IMG/VR virus record: IMGVR_UViG_3300037311_000289
Location: 1 to 29,723 of that record
DNA length: 29,723 nucleotides
Direction: 5' to 3' (one strand)
Origin: a virus
Taxonomy: Duplodnaviria > Caudoviricetes
Shown here: piece by piece, positions 8,733 through 18,829 of the stretch
Position numbering within the stretch: position 1 is the stretch's first letter
How the letters are laid out: each line of letters begins with the position of its first letter
Notes under the pieces: model-generated
Told to the model about the DNA's origin: nothing
Seen by the model: only the letters and a program-made list of their open reading frames with translations
Databases searched by the model: none
Program-made: the position numbers and the translations under genes

Positions 8733-8735
8733 GGG

Positions 8736-11081
8736 CTACTCCGGCCGGCAAGAGGCGACGAGATCGCCGAGGAGCTCGTCGGCCTCGGCCAGCGCCTCCG
8801 CTTCGGCGCGGCTTAGGACGACGGCGTTTCCGTCGCGGTCGACGAAGGGGATGCGCGCGTCGATCGGCTCCGTCGCTCCGCCAGGAAGCGGAACTTGGTC
8901 GCGAGGCGCGTCAGCGCCTCCGCCTTGTGCGGCGTCGTCGCCGCCAGCCGCATCGCCCGGTCCGCCTGCGCGTTCAGCCAGTCCGGCGTCACCTTGCCCT
9001 TCATCGCCCCATTCTCCCGGCCAGTCGTCGCCCGACGCTCTCACGTCGGCGCGGAATTCGTCAATGTCATCGGCCTGCATGATGGCGGCGCGCTCCAGAG
9101 CCTCGTCGAACGTGCCGACTTTGCCGCGCAGCACCAGCTGGGCCGCCGCGTCTATGTCCTCGCGCAGCACCCCGACGTCGAGACCCGCCGCCTCCCAGTC
9201 CGCCGTCACCGCCGCCGCTTCTTGCTCCACGCGCGCGATGATGTCCTGAGGCCGCGTCATGTCGCCGGCGTCCAGCAGATAGACCGCGCGGTCGCGCGCG
9301 TCGGCGTCGATCAGATCGAGCAGATCCGAAATCGTGGCGCTCGGCGTCATGCCGGCGCGCTCGTCGGCGTCGAAGATGAACATCTCGTCCTTGGCGAGCC
9401 GCAGCGCTTCGTCGAGCGTCATGGGCCGGCGATCGACGGGCTTGTCGAAGCCTTGCGTGCGCAGCAGCCGGCCGCGCCCGGGCACGAACGGATTGCCGCC
9501 CAGCATGATCCGCAGCGCGGGCGCGTCGCGAAGGCCCCGGCGCGCCAGGACCTGCAGAAGCCGTTGCGGGCGCGGACCGTTGGCGGCGGCCGCATCGATG
9601 GCCGGCTGGGACATGCGCAGGATGGTGGCCTGCACCACGCCGCGCACGTAGGCTTCGTCGGCGATGGCCTCGCGCGCGGTCGCCGCGCTGCCGGGGCGAC
9701 GGTCGATCAGCGCGCCGATCATGGCCGCCTGCGCCGCCGGATCGTCCGTCGCGTCGGCCGCAAGCGCCGCCGCGGCCGGAGCCACGCCGCCCTCGCGCGC
9801 CAGCGCGGCCGCTTCGGGCTTGAGGCTCGCCAGCCGGCCGAGCAGCCGCAAGCCCGCCGCGTCGGACGCCAGCGCCGATGCGATCAGCTCGGCGTTTTCG
9901 GCCAGCACGGCCGCCGCGTCGTACGGATCGCGCGCGCCGGCGACGCGCGCGTCCATCAGCGCGCGCATGGCCGGGCCGTTGTCGCCAAGGGGCGCCGGCC
10001 GAACCGGCAACGGCGCGGCGGGATCTTCGAGCGCCGCGACCGTCTCGCTCAGGCTCACGCGCGTCGCCACGGCGTCGCTTGCGCCGACGCGGTCGATCAG
10101 CGCGGCGTCCAGGGCGTCGGCCGCGGCCGCGCCATCCAAGCCCGCCTTGAGCTCGGCCGTGATCGGCTCGGGCAGCGCGGCGTCGAGGCGCGCCACGTCC
10201 GCGGCGGTCGCTTGGCCGTCGAACATCCGCCGCAGCGCGGGGCCGAGCTCGACCGCGCCTTGCACCGCGCCGCCGGGCGCGGCGCCCAGCAGAAAGGCGA
10301 AGCCGACGTTCTCGATGGCGACGTCCGCGCCGGCGCGCAGGCCGAGCTGAGCGCGCCAATCCTGCACCGCCGGCTGCGCGGCGGCGCTCACGGCCGCATT
10401 GACGGCGCCTTGCGTGGCCGCCGCCGCGCCGACACGGGCCAACGCCGTGCGCCCGGCCGCGCCCGGCGCGCCAAACGCGAAGGACGCCCAGAACAGGGGA
10501 TCGCGCCGCGACCCCACGACGCCGCCGCCAAGACGACCCAGCAGGTTTAAGAACGCGTTGCCGTCGCGACGCTGATCCAGCGCCTCAAGGTCGGCGTCGG
10601 CGCGCCGCGCGAGATCCTGACCGCGCGCGTCGCCGTCGGCGGCCAGTTGGCGCAGCTCCGGGCGCTGCCGGCGCAGTTCCTCGAGCTGCTCGCGGAAGAT
10701 CTGCATTTCCTGCTGCAGCGTGTCGCTGGGCAGCGCCTCGCCGGGCGGCGTGCGCGCCTCGATCCAGTCGCGATAGCCGCCGCGCATGGGATTGCCAAGG
10801 CGCACGCCCGTCGCCGCAAAGACGTCGTCGATGACGGCGTCGTACCCTTCTTCGGTCGCAACCCATTCAGAAACGACGGTTTCGACCAGCCTCGTCTGCC
10901 GCTCGGTCACGTCGAAACGCTCGCCCATGGCGCGACGCGCGTCGTCGTCCATCAGGGCGAACGGAGCGCTCGGCACGGCTCCGATCACCGAAAACGTGTC
11001 TTCGATGAGGCCATAGCTGCCGTCGGGATCGGCGGAACCCGGCGCAAGCGCGGTGGGGTCGAGGCGCGTCAGCAAGGTCAT
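8736..11081 (-). CDS. Internal virion protein (781 aa)
   Basis: ATG 11081 is coupled to the upstream stop (TGATG); Gly/Ala-rich amphipathic region; position within the ejection-protein block. Confidence 0.62.
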   Translation of the reverse strand: MTLLTRLDPTALAPGSADPDGSYGLIEDTFSVIGAVPSAPFALMDDDARRAMGERFDVTERQTRLVETVVSEWVATEEGYDAVIDDVFAATGVRLGNPMRGGYRDWIEARTPPGEALPSDTLQQEMQIFREQLEELRRQRPELRQLAADGDARGQDLARRADADLEALDQRRDGNAFLNLLGRLGGGVVGSRRDPLFWASFAFGAPGAAGRTALARVGAAAATQGAVNAAVSAAAQPAVQDWRAQLGLRAGADVAIENVGFAFLLGAAPGGAVQGAVELGPALRRMFDGQATAADVARLDAALPEPITAELKAGLDGAAAADALDAALIDRVGASDAVATRVSLSETVAALEDPAAPLPVRPAPLGDNGPAMRALMDARVAGARDPYDAAAVLAENAELIASALASDAAGLRLLGRLASLKPEAAALAREGGVAPAAAALAADATDDPAAQAAMIGALIDRRPGSAATAREAIADEAYVRGVVQATILRMSQPAIDAAAANGPRPQRLLQVLARRGLRDAPALRIMLGGNPFVPGRGRLLRTQGFDKPVDRRPMTLDEALRLAKDEMFIFDADERAGMTPSATISDLLDLIDADARDRAVYLLDAGDMTRPQDIIARVEQEAAAVTADWEAAGLDVGVLREDIDAAAQLVLRGKVGTFDEALERAAIMQADDIDEFRADVRASGDDWPGEWGDEGQGDAGLAERAGGPGDAAGGDDAAQGGGADAPRDQVPLPGGATEPIDARIPFVDRDGNAVVLSRAEAEALAEADELLGDLVASCRPE

Positions 11082-13744
11082 CAGCGGAACGCGTCGGGCA
11101 CGCGCGCGCGCAGGATCGGACCCATGCGCGCCCATTGCAGCACCCACGGCTGACCGTCCGCCCGGCGCAGCGGCCGCGGCCGACCGCGCTCGTCCATGTC
11201 CGCGAAGACGTATCCGCCCGGCACGGCCATGGGCGTCAGCCGCGCCACGTCTGCGGCCGTCGCCGCGCGGCCGCGCGCCGTCACGGGCGCGGCGTCGCCC
11301 GCGCCAAGATCGGCATCTGTCAGCGCCGCGAGCACGTCGCCGAAGCGGTCCGTCTCCACGTCCGGCGGCACGCGCACCATGGTCGCGCCGACGCCCCAAC
11401 CGACCGGATCGACCATGCCGACGCCGCCGAACGTGCGACGGCCGATCGTCACCGACCCGGCGGCGCGCCGCATGGCGTCGTCCAGCAGATCCCGCGCTTC
11501 GGGCGTGCCGGGCTCCACGCCGCGGCGGGCCGCCTCCACCTCGAAATAGGCCGACGCCGCATCGACGATGCGCGCCCGCTCCGAGGCGTCGACCAGCCGA
11601 TTGGCCGGCCCCACCACGGCCGCGTAGGCGGCGTCGGCGTCGGTCGATCGCGGCCGCACGGCCTTGGCGCCAGGCTGCGCGCGCTGCCGCAGGCCTTCCG
11701 CCACCTGCGCGGCGAAGCTGCGATCGCCGGTTTCGATCATCAGCGACGCGGCCTGCGCCATGGCCGGAGCGTCGTCGCCGAGCTCGGCCACGATGCGGGC
11801 GCGCTCCGCGTCCGGCGCGCCGCGCAGCAAGCCGCCCATGACGTCGAGCGCGCGATCGCCGCCGGCGTTCAGCGCGGCGACGACGCGCGGCCTTTCGTCG
11901 ACGTCGAAGATCGGCACGGCGCGGCCTGTCTGCCGCGCGACGATGTCGACTTGCGCGAGGCGCGGCGCGATCTCGGCCGCGAGCCGCGTCGGGTCGTCGA
12001 TCGACAACGGCGCGACGTCGCCGATGATCCCGTCGGCCGCCGCCGCGATCAGCGGTCGCTCGGCGTAGTCGCGTCGCCGACGCTCCATGTAGGCGCGGCC
12101 GTCGGCCAGCACCCCGGCCGCAGCCGCCGATACGCCCGCCCGCGAACCCATCTTGCGGTCGGCCCAGGCGATCAGACCGCCGATGGTGCGGCCGTTTCCC
12201 AGCACCGACGCGTTGGCCGCGACCGAACTGGGCTGGACCACGTCGGACGCCGCCTGCGACGGATCGGCCCGCAGCACCTTGATGGCGTCGCCCGCGCCGA
12301 GGAAATGAGCGAGATAGATGGCGCCGGGCGTGGGCGCGACGCCGGCCGCGTCGAGCCTGGCGCGGTTTTTCTCGACGTAGTGCGTGGTCATCTCGCGCGA
12401 CAGAGCCGGGTCGGCGCGCAGCGCCAGGATCTCTTCGCGCGTGCGCCCTTCGGCGAGGTCCGGGCGATGCTCTTTGATCATCGCAAGCCACGTGCCGGCC
12501 ACGAACTGGCCTAGGCCTTTGGCGCTCGAATTGGGGTTGCGCGCGTCGGCCCGCCCGCCGCTTTCGACGCCGATGATGCGGTCGACCACGTCGCCCTGCG
12601 CGGTGGCGGTTTCGAGCGCGCGCAGCTCGGCCTCGGCTTCGTCCAGCGGTCGCGACCGCAGGCGCTCGCGCAGCAACAGTTTGTCCCTTGCCGTCGCCAT
12701 CAGCGCGTCGCCGCGCGGGCCCAGCGCGCGCGCCTCTGTTTCCAGCGCCGTCCATTCGGTCAGGGTCGGCTGGTAGCCGGCCCCGGCGCGTTGCATCAGA
12801 TCGTCCAGCTTCCGGCCATAGGCCGCGAGGCGCTGGTCGCCGTCGGCCGTTAGCCGCCGCTCCTGCGTCGACAGCGCGCCATCGAGCCTTTCGACGTCTC
12901 CAGGATCGAGATCGGTCAGCTTCCCGGCCGCCAGGTCCTCGCGCAGGCGAAGACGATACGCCGCCACGTCTTCAGGCGTCGACAGCGTCTCCGCCCGGCG
13001 CTGGATCACGTCCAACCGGCTCTGCTTGCGGGCCTGAAGCTTCAGCCGCGCGCCTTGTTCGGCGCTCAGATGCCCGTCGCGGACCTGAGCGTCGATGGCG
13101 GCCGACTGTTCCGCGACGTTGCGCGCCACGAGGGCGTCGATATCCGCGCCGAATGGATCGCCGGCCAGCAGCCGCGCGCGCGCGTTGTCTCGCGTCGCCA
13201 TGTCCTCGACGAGGCTGGCCCGCGCCTGGTCGGCCCGCCGCGCCTCGAATGCGTCCAGAACGCGGGGCGCGAGGCTCAGACGCAGTCGCGACGCCCGCTC
13301 CTCGAACGCGGGCCGGATTTCGTCGAACACGTTGTCGTCGGCGAAGCGCCGCGTGAACGCGCCGAAAGCGGCATTGAAGCCGGCCGGGTCGGCCTTGTGG
13401 CGCTCGTAGAGCGCCATGGCTTCCTCGTCAAAGCGCGCGCCCACGCGCGACAGGTAGACGTCGGTGCCGACCTCGTCGCGCGTGCGGTCGCGCAACGAGA
13501 ACCCGCCGGTCGGCCGGAACTGCGGATCAAGGCCGGCTTTGAGGCCGTCGCGGCGCGCCTCCTGCACGGTGAGCTCGTCCGAGAACCGGCCGATGCGATC
13601 GGCCAGCGCTTGTCCGACGCCTGCGACGCGCCGTTCGTTGGCGCCGCCGCTGCTCGGCACGGCGTCGATGCTGTCGACGCGCCGCGCGCGCGCCGACAGC
13701 GCGGTGGTCTCGAAATCGATCGGCTGCGCGCGGCGGTTGATCAT
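11081..13744 (-). CDS. Internal virion protein with lytic transglycosylase (SLT-like) domain (887 aa)
   Basis: IIGVESGG...SSAKGLGQF...YLAHFLG motifs at about 12280-12590; ATG 2 nt after the preceding stop. Confidence 0.8.
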   Translation of the reverse strand: MINRRAQPIDFETTALSARARRVDSIDAVPSSGGANERRVAGVGQALADRIGRFSDELTVQEARRDGLKAGLDPQFRPTGGFSLRDRTRDEVGTDVYLSRVGARFDEEAMALYERHKADPAGFNAAFGAFTRRFADDNVFDEIRPAFEERASRLRLSLAPRVLDAFEARRADQARASLVEDMATRDNARARLLAGDPFGADIDALVARNVAEQSAAIDAQVRDGHLSAEQGARLKLQARKQSRLDVIQRRAETLSTPEDVAAYRLRLREDLAAGKLTDLDPGDVERLDGALSTQERRLTADGDQRLAAYGRKLDDLMQRAGAGYQPTLTEWTALETEARALGPRGDALMATARDKLLLRERLRSRPLDEAEAELRALETATAQGDVVDRIIGVESGGRADARNPNSSAKGLGQFVAGTWLAMIKEHRPDLAEGRTREEILALRADPALSREMTTHYVEKNRARLDAAGVAPTPGAIYLAHFLGAGDAIKVLRADPSQAASDVVQPSSVAANASVLGNGRTIGGLIAWADRKMGSRAGVSAAAAGVLADGRAYMERRRRDYAERPLIAAAADGIIGDVAPLSIDDPTRLAAEIAPRLAQVDIVARQTGRAVPIFDVDERPRVVAALNAGGDRALDVMGGLLRGAPDAERARIVAELGDDAPAMAQAASLMIETGDRSFAAQVAEGLRQRAQPGAKAVRPRSTDADAAYAAVVGPANRLVDASERARIVDAASAYFEVEAARRGVEPGTPEARDLLDDAMRRAAGSVTIGRRTFGGVGMVDPVGWGVGATMVRVPPDVETDRFGDVLAALTDADLGAGDAAPVTARGRAATAADVARLTPMAVPGGYVFADMDERGRPRPLRRADGQPWVLQWARMGPILRARVPDAFR

Positions 13745-13746
13745 GA

Positions 13747-14343
13747 TCAGCCCCGACGCGCCATGTCGATACCCGTCGACACGAGGCCGCTCACCGCCTC
13801 GAACATGGATCGGCGGCGCACCGACCGGGCTTCGGCCATGAGCGCCGATCGTTTCTGGTCCAGCCGGGCGAGGCCGAAGCGCGTGGTGCTGTCCTCGACG
13901 CCAAGCGCGCGCTCCGCGTCGTCGCTGGCCTGCACGCGGGCGACGGCCGGCGTGCCGAACGACGTGTCTATGCCCGATGCCGCATACGCCAGATCGCGCT
14001 CCGCGGCCTCCTGGGCGAATAGCTGCTTCATCCGCGCGCGCCGATCGGTCGTTTCGATCACGTCGCGCTGCTGCTGCAGGCGCGTGTCGGCCGCCTGCGA
14101 GCGCAACGCGCGGGCTTCCTCGCGACCGGCCGCAAGCGTGGCTCCGGCCGACAGCAGCGCGCCGGCGCCCTGCAGGATCGACAGAAACGTCGATCCCGCG
14201 CTGGCGGCCGCCGGCAACGCCGCGGCGGCCGTCGTCGTCGCCGCGGTCGTAGCCGCCGTGGCGGCGGTCGCGGCCGCGGTCGATCCGGCCGCCGCCACCG
14301 TGCTTCCGATCGCCTGCATGGCCGCCGCCGCAAACATCGCCAT
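13747..14343 (-). CDS. Small internal virion protein (198 aa)
   Basis: Ala/Thr-rich N-terminus, helical middle and AYAASGID motif; directly follows tail tubular B. Confidence 0.65.
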   Translation of the reverse strand: MAMFAAAAMQAIGSTVAAAGSTAAATAATAATTAATTTAAAALPAAASAGSTFLSILQGAGALLSAGATLAAGREEARALRSQAADTRLQQQRDVIETTDRRARMKQLFAQEAAERDLAYAASGIDTSFGTPAVARVQASDDAERALGVEDSTTRFGLARLDQKRSALMAEARSVRRRSMFEAVSGLVSTGIDMARRG

Positions 14344-16773
14344 CTACGTCTTCGCCTCGATGACGAGGTCGCGCAGCCGCAGCCGCCCGGGCCTCGTTTG
14401 TGTGATGGTGACGATGCCGTCGGGTCCGTATCCGGCAAGCCCATGCACGGCCATTTCTCCGGTGAACGGCCGCACCGGAGCGTCGGCCATGTGCCCCGCC
14501 TTGTGCAGCGCCTGATCGCGCGGCGGCAAGCCATTGGCTCCGACGGCGATCGAGGTCGTGTCGATGAGTTCGCACCGCGCCGTCGTCACGCGCACCGGCC
14601 GCGCGAGCTTGAGGTTTTCGGCGACGAGCCGCGCGGCCGGCGGCGGCGACAGCTCGGGCGGGGTCCACCGACCGACGGTCACGGCGGTCGCGGCGATTGG
14701 CAAGGTGATGGACTGCCCGCGCACCACGTACGGTCCCAGCACGTGCCCGTCCGCCTCTGCCCACACGGTCGCCCCTTCGAGCATGGCGAGATCGGCGACG
14801 ACGGCCGACGGTTCGCCGACGCGCGTCACCGCCTGATCGAAATAAAGGCCTTCGGTCATTTCCTCGAGCACCAGGCGGGGCGCGCCGTCGATCATGCGCT
14901 CCACGATCAGGAGCGGCCTGTTGTCCGGTCCGCAGGCCACGTCCTTGACGACGCCGTCCGTCGGCCAGCGCGCGAACGCGACGACGTCCTGGTCCTGCAG
15001 CAGCATCGCCACGACCAGCAGGCCGTCGCCCCGGACGAGCATGTAGCGCGCGGCGTCCAGCGCGCCGTCCGGCCTCTGCAGCGCCGTGGCTCGAATGTCT
15101 TCGACCAGATGCGAGGCGAAAAGGCTTATGGGCCGCGCTTCGTAGCTCTGGCTGACGTCGGCATAGCGCGCTGCGTAGATCATGCTGCGCGAGCGCGCCA
15201 CGAACAGCAGATCCCCGTCGCTTTCGACGACGTCGCAGCCGCGCGCGGTGCCATGCCGTGAGCATTGCACGATGTTGACCGCCTGGGTCCGGTTGACCGT
15301 CCGATCAGGCGAATAATATTCGGCTTCGCTGGTGAAGATCACGAGATGCCGTGCGCCGACGATCTGGCGGATTTGCTCGGACCCGCGCGTGTCGAGATTG
15401 ATGAGGATAGCGCCGTCGGCCTGTTCGATTTTGATGTTGCAGTTAAAATAGTCCGACAGCGCGGACGCCAGCACGGCAGAAGGGCGCGAGCGGAACCCGG
15501 CCTGGATCAGGCGATCCTGCCAGAACTCGGCGTCGGCGGCGTAGCCGCGCGCGGCCGAGAACAGCGCTTCGCCGCCCGGGTCGCCCTTGACGGTGCGCGA
15601 CAGGAACGCCGCGGCGTTGGCGGCGCTGACCACCTGACCGCTCAGCACGAACTGCCCGCCCGGATTGTTTCCGCCGGTGAACGTGATCGTGGCCTCATGC
15701 GATCCATCCGTCACGGTCAGGCTCGGCGTGACCGTGATGCCCGCGTCGACGCCGGCAAGCGCTTCGATCTTGGTCTTCAGATCGGCGCAGAACGCCGTCC
15801 AGTAGGTCGGAAACGCGCCGAGCGTGACGTTGATGGTCGCGGCGGCGGCCTCCTCGCCGTTGACGGCGACGACCAGCGCAAGCTTGTCCGGCCCGGCGGT
15901 GCGATCATAGCGCAAATAGAGCTGCCAGGTCTCCGCCACGCGCGAATACACGCCGCCGAGATCGACCTCGGGCACGTTGCTGAACGCCATCGGGGCGAAG
16001 CTCCAGTCTTCATCCGCGATGCGCAGAAGCCGTCTGGGCGCGCGGTTTTCATGGAACATCAGCATGGTGTCGAGCCGTTGCTCCACGCGCAGATGCCGGA
16101 TCTCGTCCGGCGTGTACGGATGCGCGATCGACGCCTGGAACATGGCGCCTCGAAACACGTCGATCGCGTCTTCGGTGACGACCAGGTCGAGCTGATCGTC
16201 GACGGCATAGGAAAACGGCAGCACGCGGCCGACGCCTGCGGCAGCGTCGCCGGCGCGCACCGTGACGCCCGCCACCGCGACGACGCGCGTGCCGCCGCCG
16301 GCATCGACCATGATGAGGCGCACGCTGCGCGTCGTGGCGAGGACGTCTGGCGGCAGCGCAAAACGGCGGGCGATGGGCGTCGCGCCCACGGTCACTGTCT
16401 GCAGGCGCCGCCATGCGCCGTCGAACACCTCGCAGGCGATCGTGGCCGGGCCGCCGGCGCACGACAACGCATCGACGTCGACCGCGCTGACCGCCGTCGG
16501 AGCGGCAAGACTGATACTGGCCACGATCTGCTCGGCGGCGACCGGTCCGGTCGACACGTTGACGATGGGCGTTGCGGGCGTCAGGCGCGGGCGCAGCGTC
16601 GTCACGTGACGCGTCCCGGGCATTTGCCGCACGCCCCCTTGCGGCACCGGCTGCATGCGCGCCATGCGCGACGCGCCCGCGTAGAACATCTTCAGGTCGC
16701 TGCGCCCCAGCATGTCGGGCGACAACTCGCCGTTGTTGAAGTTGGCGCGGAGCTGACCCGGGCGGGCGACCAT
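14344..16773 (-). CDS. Tail tubular protein B / nozzle (809 aa)
   Basis: N-terminal NFNNGELSPDMLGRSDL...PQGGVRQMPG, QDRL and LVIFTSEAEY are characteristic of T7 gp12/P22 gp10-like proteins; coupled to the tube A stop. Confidence 0.85.
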   Translation of the reverse strand: MVARPGQLRANFNNGELSPDMLGRSDLKMFYAGASRMARMQPVPQGGVRQMPGTRHVTTLRPRLTPATPIVNVSTGPVAAEQIVASISLAAPTAVSAVDVDALSCAGGPATIACEVFDGAWRRLQTVTVGATPIARRFALPPDVLATTRSVRLIMVDAGGGTRVVAVAGVTVRAGDAAAGVGRVLPFSYAVDDQLDLVVTEDAIDVFRGAMFQASIAHPYTPDEIRHLRVEQRLDTMLMFHENRAPRRLLRIADEDWSFAPMAFSNVPEVDLGGVYSRVAETWQLYLRYDRTAGPDKLALVVAVNGEEAAAATINVTLGAFPTYWTAFCADLKTKIEALAGVDAGITVTPSLTVTDGSHEATITFTGGNNPGGQFVLSGQVVSAANAAAFLSRTVKGDPGGEALFSAARGYAADAEFWQDRLIQAGFRSRPSAVLASALSDYFNCNIKIEQADGAILINLDTRGSEQIRQIVGARHLVIFTSEAEYYSPDRTVNRTQAVNIVQCSRHGTARGCDVVESDGDLLFVARSRSMIYAARYADVSQSYEARPISLFASHLVEDIRATALQRPDGALDAARYMLVRGDGLLVVAMLLQDQDVVAFARWPTDGVVKDVACGPDNRPLLIVERMIDGAPRLVLEEMTEGLYFDQAVTRVGEPSAVVADLAMLEGATVWAEADGHVLGPYVVRGQSITLPIAATAVTVGRWTPPELSPPPAARLVAENLKLARPVRVTTARCELIDTTSIAVGANGLPPRDQALHKAGHMADAPVRPFTGEMAVHGLAGYGPDGIVTITQTRPGRLRLRDLVIEAKT

Positions 16774-17396
16774 CAGCCCCACCGCGCTTCGGTCAGAGGA
16801 TCGTCCATCCACAACGGCGCGCGATTGACGTTCGACGCGACTTCTTGGGCGATCGCTTCGGCGAACAATCCGCCGCGACCCATCATCTGCGGCGCGCCAA
16901 AGGCCTCTTCGTGGAGGTGCTGATGCAGTCGGATGTCGCCGGTCACCGGCACGGCCAGCGCCGCGGCGACGGCGACGATGACGGCCGTTCGAAAGGCCGG
17001 CGGCCACAGCTCGGGATCGGTCGCGACGATGAACGTGGCCCAGACCGGGCTGGCGTCGCAGTAGAGCATGCGCCCTTCGATGGCAAACCGGCGCTCGGGA
17101 TGATCAGGCGCGCGCGGATCGCGCAGAACCTTGATGCACGCGTGGAGGCGCTCGGGCAGCTGGTACGCGTGACGCCAGCCTAGGCGGTCCTCGGCAGGAC
17201 CGGCCTCGTCCAGCCGCACGGTCCGTCGCGCGAAGTTCCATTGATGCCGCGCCACCAGCATGTCGATCGTGTCGGCGAGCACCGACGAGACGCTTCTGGC
17301 GAGGTCGGTCTCCTCGTCGAGGCTGGACAGCATGCCCGCGCCAAGGCGCGCGAGCGCGCGGTTGGCGATGGTCACGAGATCGAGGCGATCGGCCAT
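16773..17396 (-). CDS. Tail tubular protein A / adaptor (207 aa)
   Basis: IANRALARLG, HQWNFAR and AYQLP motifs of T7 gp11-like adaptors. Confidence 0.85.
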   Translation of the reverse strand: MADRLDLVTIANRALARLGAGMLSSLDEETDLARSVSSVLADTIDMLVARHQWNFARRTVRLDEAGPAEDRLGWRHAYQLPERLHACIKVLRDPRAPDHPERRFAIEGRMLYCDASPVWATFIVATDPELWPPAFRTAVIVAVAAALAVPVTGDIRLHQHLHEEAFGAPQMMGRGGLFAEAIAQEVASNVNRAPLWMDDPLTEARWG

Positions 17397-17454
17397 GACA
17401 GTTGCGCTCCAACGGCGTTGCGGCGCGCGGCGTCGGCAGCGCGCGGCGACATGA

Positions 17455-17751
17455 TCAGCCGGCCGTGGTGGTCTGCAGCGCGACGGTCACGTTTCCGGTG
17501 GCCGGGACCGCCGTCACGATCAGCGATTTGAGCACCGGCGTGCCGCCCAGCACCATCGACGCGAAGATGATCGAGCCGACGGTGAGACGCGAGCGCGCGT
17601 CGTTGAAGTAGCCGGCGGCCTCGACGACGGCGGCCGCGTCGTCGGTGGCGTACGAGAACACGCTGATCTGACGCGGCGCGACCGCGCCCGAAGCGAGGCC
17701 GACCGCGACCTGGTGGGTGATGCGGGTGAGCGAACGGGTGGAGAATGCCAT
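17455..17751 (-). CDS. Putative capsid decoration/cement protein (98 aa)
   Basis: Small beta-rich ORF right after the major capsid gene with a strong AAAGGA RBS; YATDD...GYFN motif; function inferred from position. Confidence 0.6.
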   Translation of the reverse strand: MAFSTRSLTRITHQVAVGLASGAVAPRQISVFSYATDDAAAVVEAAGYFNDARSRLTVGSIIFASMVLGGTPVLKSLIVTAVPATGNVTVALQTTTAG

Positions 17752-17775
17752 GATGAAGTCCTTTCAGGTTGATCG

Positions 17776-17802
17776 AAAGGCCCGGCGACGCCGCGCCGGG
17801 CC
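17776..17802 (-). terminator. GC hairpin with short U tract after the capsid gene (weak terminator or stabiliser)
   Basis: Minus strand GGCCCGGCG-CGGCGT-CGCCGGGCC-TTT, a perfect 9-bp stem. Confidence 0.5.
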
Positions 17803-17808
17803 GGTTCA

Positions 17809-18690
17809 TCAGGGCGTCGGGCGCGTCAGGGCGACGTTCATGGCGAAGCGCAGGCGGCGCACGCCTTCGGGCATCAGCACGGCGGCGCAGGCCGCCATGT
17901 CGTTGACCGCAAGGTACGACTTTTTCTGCGGCACGTAGTCGATCCTGCTGTTGAGCGTCTCCGCCTGCGCGAAGCCCAGCGATCCGGACGCCCACATGAA
18001 CCCGTCCGCCTGGTTGGCGGCCGGCACGTTGAAGAACCGCTTGGTGGGGTCCGACATTTTCTGCGGCAGCGGAATGATGGTCACGCCCCGGTAGCGGCGC
18101 GCGCCGAGCGTGCGCAGCAGCGGGTATTCCGGGCCGACGAACTCGGCGCTGCTGAACTCGCGAAACACCTCGAGATGCGTCATGAACTTGGCGGGAATGG
18201 CCGCGTAGTACTCGTAGCCCGCCCCGCCCTCGTCGAAGATCTCGCCCTGCGCGTTGATGATGTCGGTGATCGAGATGGCCGCCGACCCGTCGCCGATGGT
18301 GGGGATCGCCGCGCCGGCCGCGTCGAGCGCGGCGATGATGATGCGATCGAAGCGCCGGCCCATCGCCATGCCCCCGCTTACCTGCACCTTGTCCTGTTCG
18401 GTCACCGACATCTTGTTGAGGTCGGTTTTCTTGATCCAGTCGTTGGCCTCCCAGTCGCGCATGGTCGCGGTGATCATGCTGCGATCGGCGTTCATGACGG
18501 CGACGTCTTCGATGGCCGGCGACTGTTCATTGGCCTCGCCGGAGCCGACGATGCGCCAGTTGACCGTCAGCCCATTGATCTCGTCGGGCGCGGTCATGGC
18601 GGGCTTCAGCGCGTAGCCCCTGTGCTGCAGGACGTGCGTGACGCCTTTGGTGTAGGCAATCTCGAACCACGCGGAAGCGCGTGCGGTCAT
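17809..18690 (-). CDS. Major capsid protein (293 aa)
   Basis: Follows the scaffold gene; AMGRRFDRIIIAAL backbone-helix-like motif; C-terminal AAVLMPEGV; size and position fit podovirus HK97-fold capsids. Confidence 0.85.
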   Translation of the reverse strand: MTARASAWFEIAYTKGVTHVLQHRGYALKPAMTAPDEINGLTVNWRIVGSGEANEQSPAIEDVAVMNADRSMITATMRDWEANDWIKKTDLNKMSVTEQDKVQVSGGMAMGRRFDRIIIAALDAAGAAIPTIGDGSAAISITDIINAQGEIFDEGGAGYEYYAAIPAKFMTHLEVFREFSSAEFVGPEYPLLRTLGARRYRGVTIIPLPQKMSDPTKRFFNVPAANQADGFMWASGSLGFAQAETLNSRIDYVPQKKSYLAVNDMAACAAVLMPEGVRRLRFAMNVALTRPTP

Positions 18691-18698
18691 GGTGATGT

Positions 18699-18815
18699 CC
18701 CTCGGATGATGGTTTGGGGTGCGCGTCCGGGCCGAGGGCCGTCTTGCGCCGGGTCCATCGCCGCGACCACGTGTGCGGTCGCGGCGCCGAGGGCCGGCGC
18801 GTCGACGGGTCCATC
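18699..18815 (-). promoter_or_regulatory. Structured capsid 5' leader: two GATGGACCCG-N8/9-CGGCCCTCGGC units flanking a 10-bp hairpin
   Basis: Units at 18731-18759 and 18786-18815; hairpin 18759-18786; CCCTCGG in each unit is complementary to the RBS CCGAGGG at 18699-18705. Confidence 0.6.
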
Positions 18816-18829
18816 CCGATCACGCCGGC

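Noticed and set aside
3018-17007. Long Arg-rich N-terminal extensions given by the ORF track (starts at 3404, 4354, 6411, 12755, 15265, 17007)
   Set aside because: They overlap upstream genes in other frames; internal starts with RBSs or stop-start coupling fit better.
17397-17454. Possible regulatory structure before tail tubular A (CGCCGCGCGC twice; short GTTG/CAAC pairings near the RBS)
   Set aside because: Stems are short and GC-only repeats are expected by chance at this composition.
17752-17811. Readthrough or frameshift fusion of capsid to the decoration gene (T7 10B-like)
   Set aside because: Tandem TGA TGA stops, no obvious slippery sequence, and the downstream gene has its own RBS.
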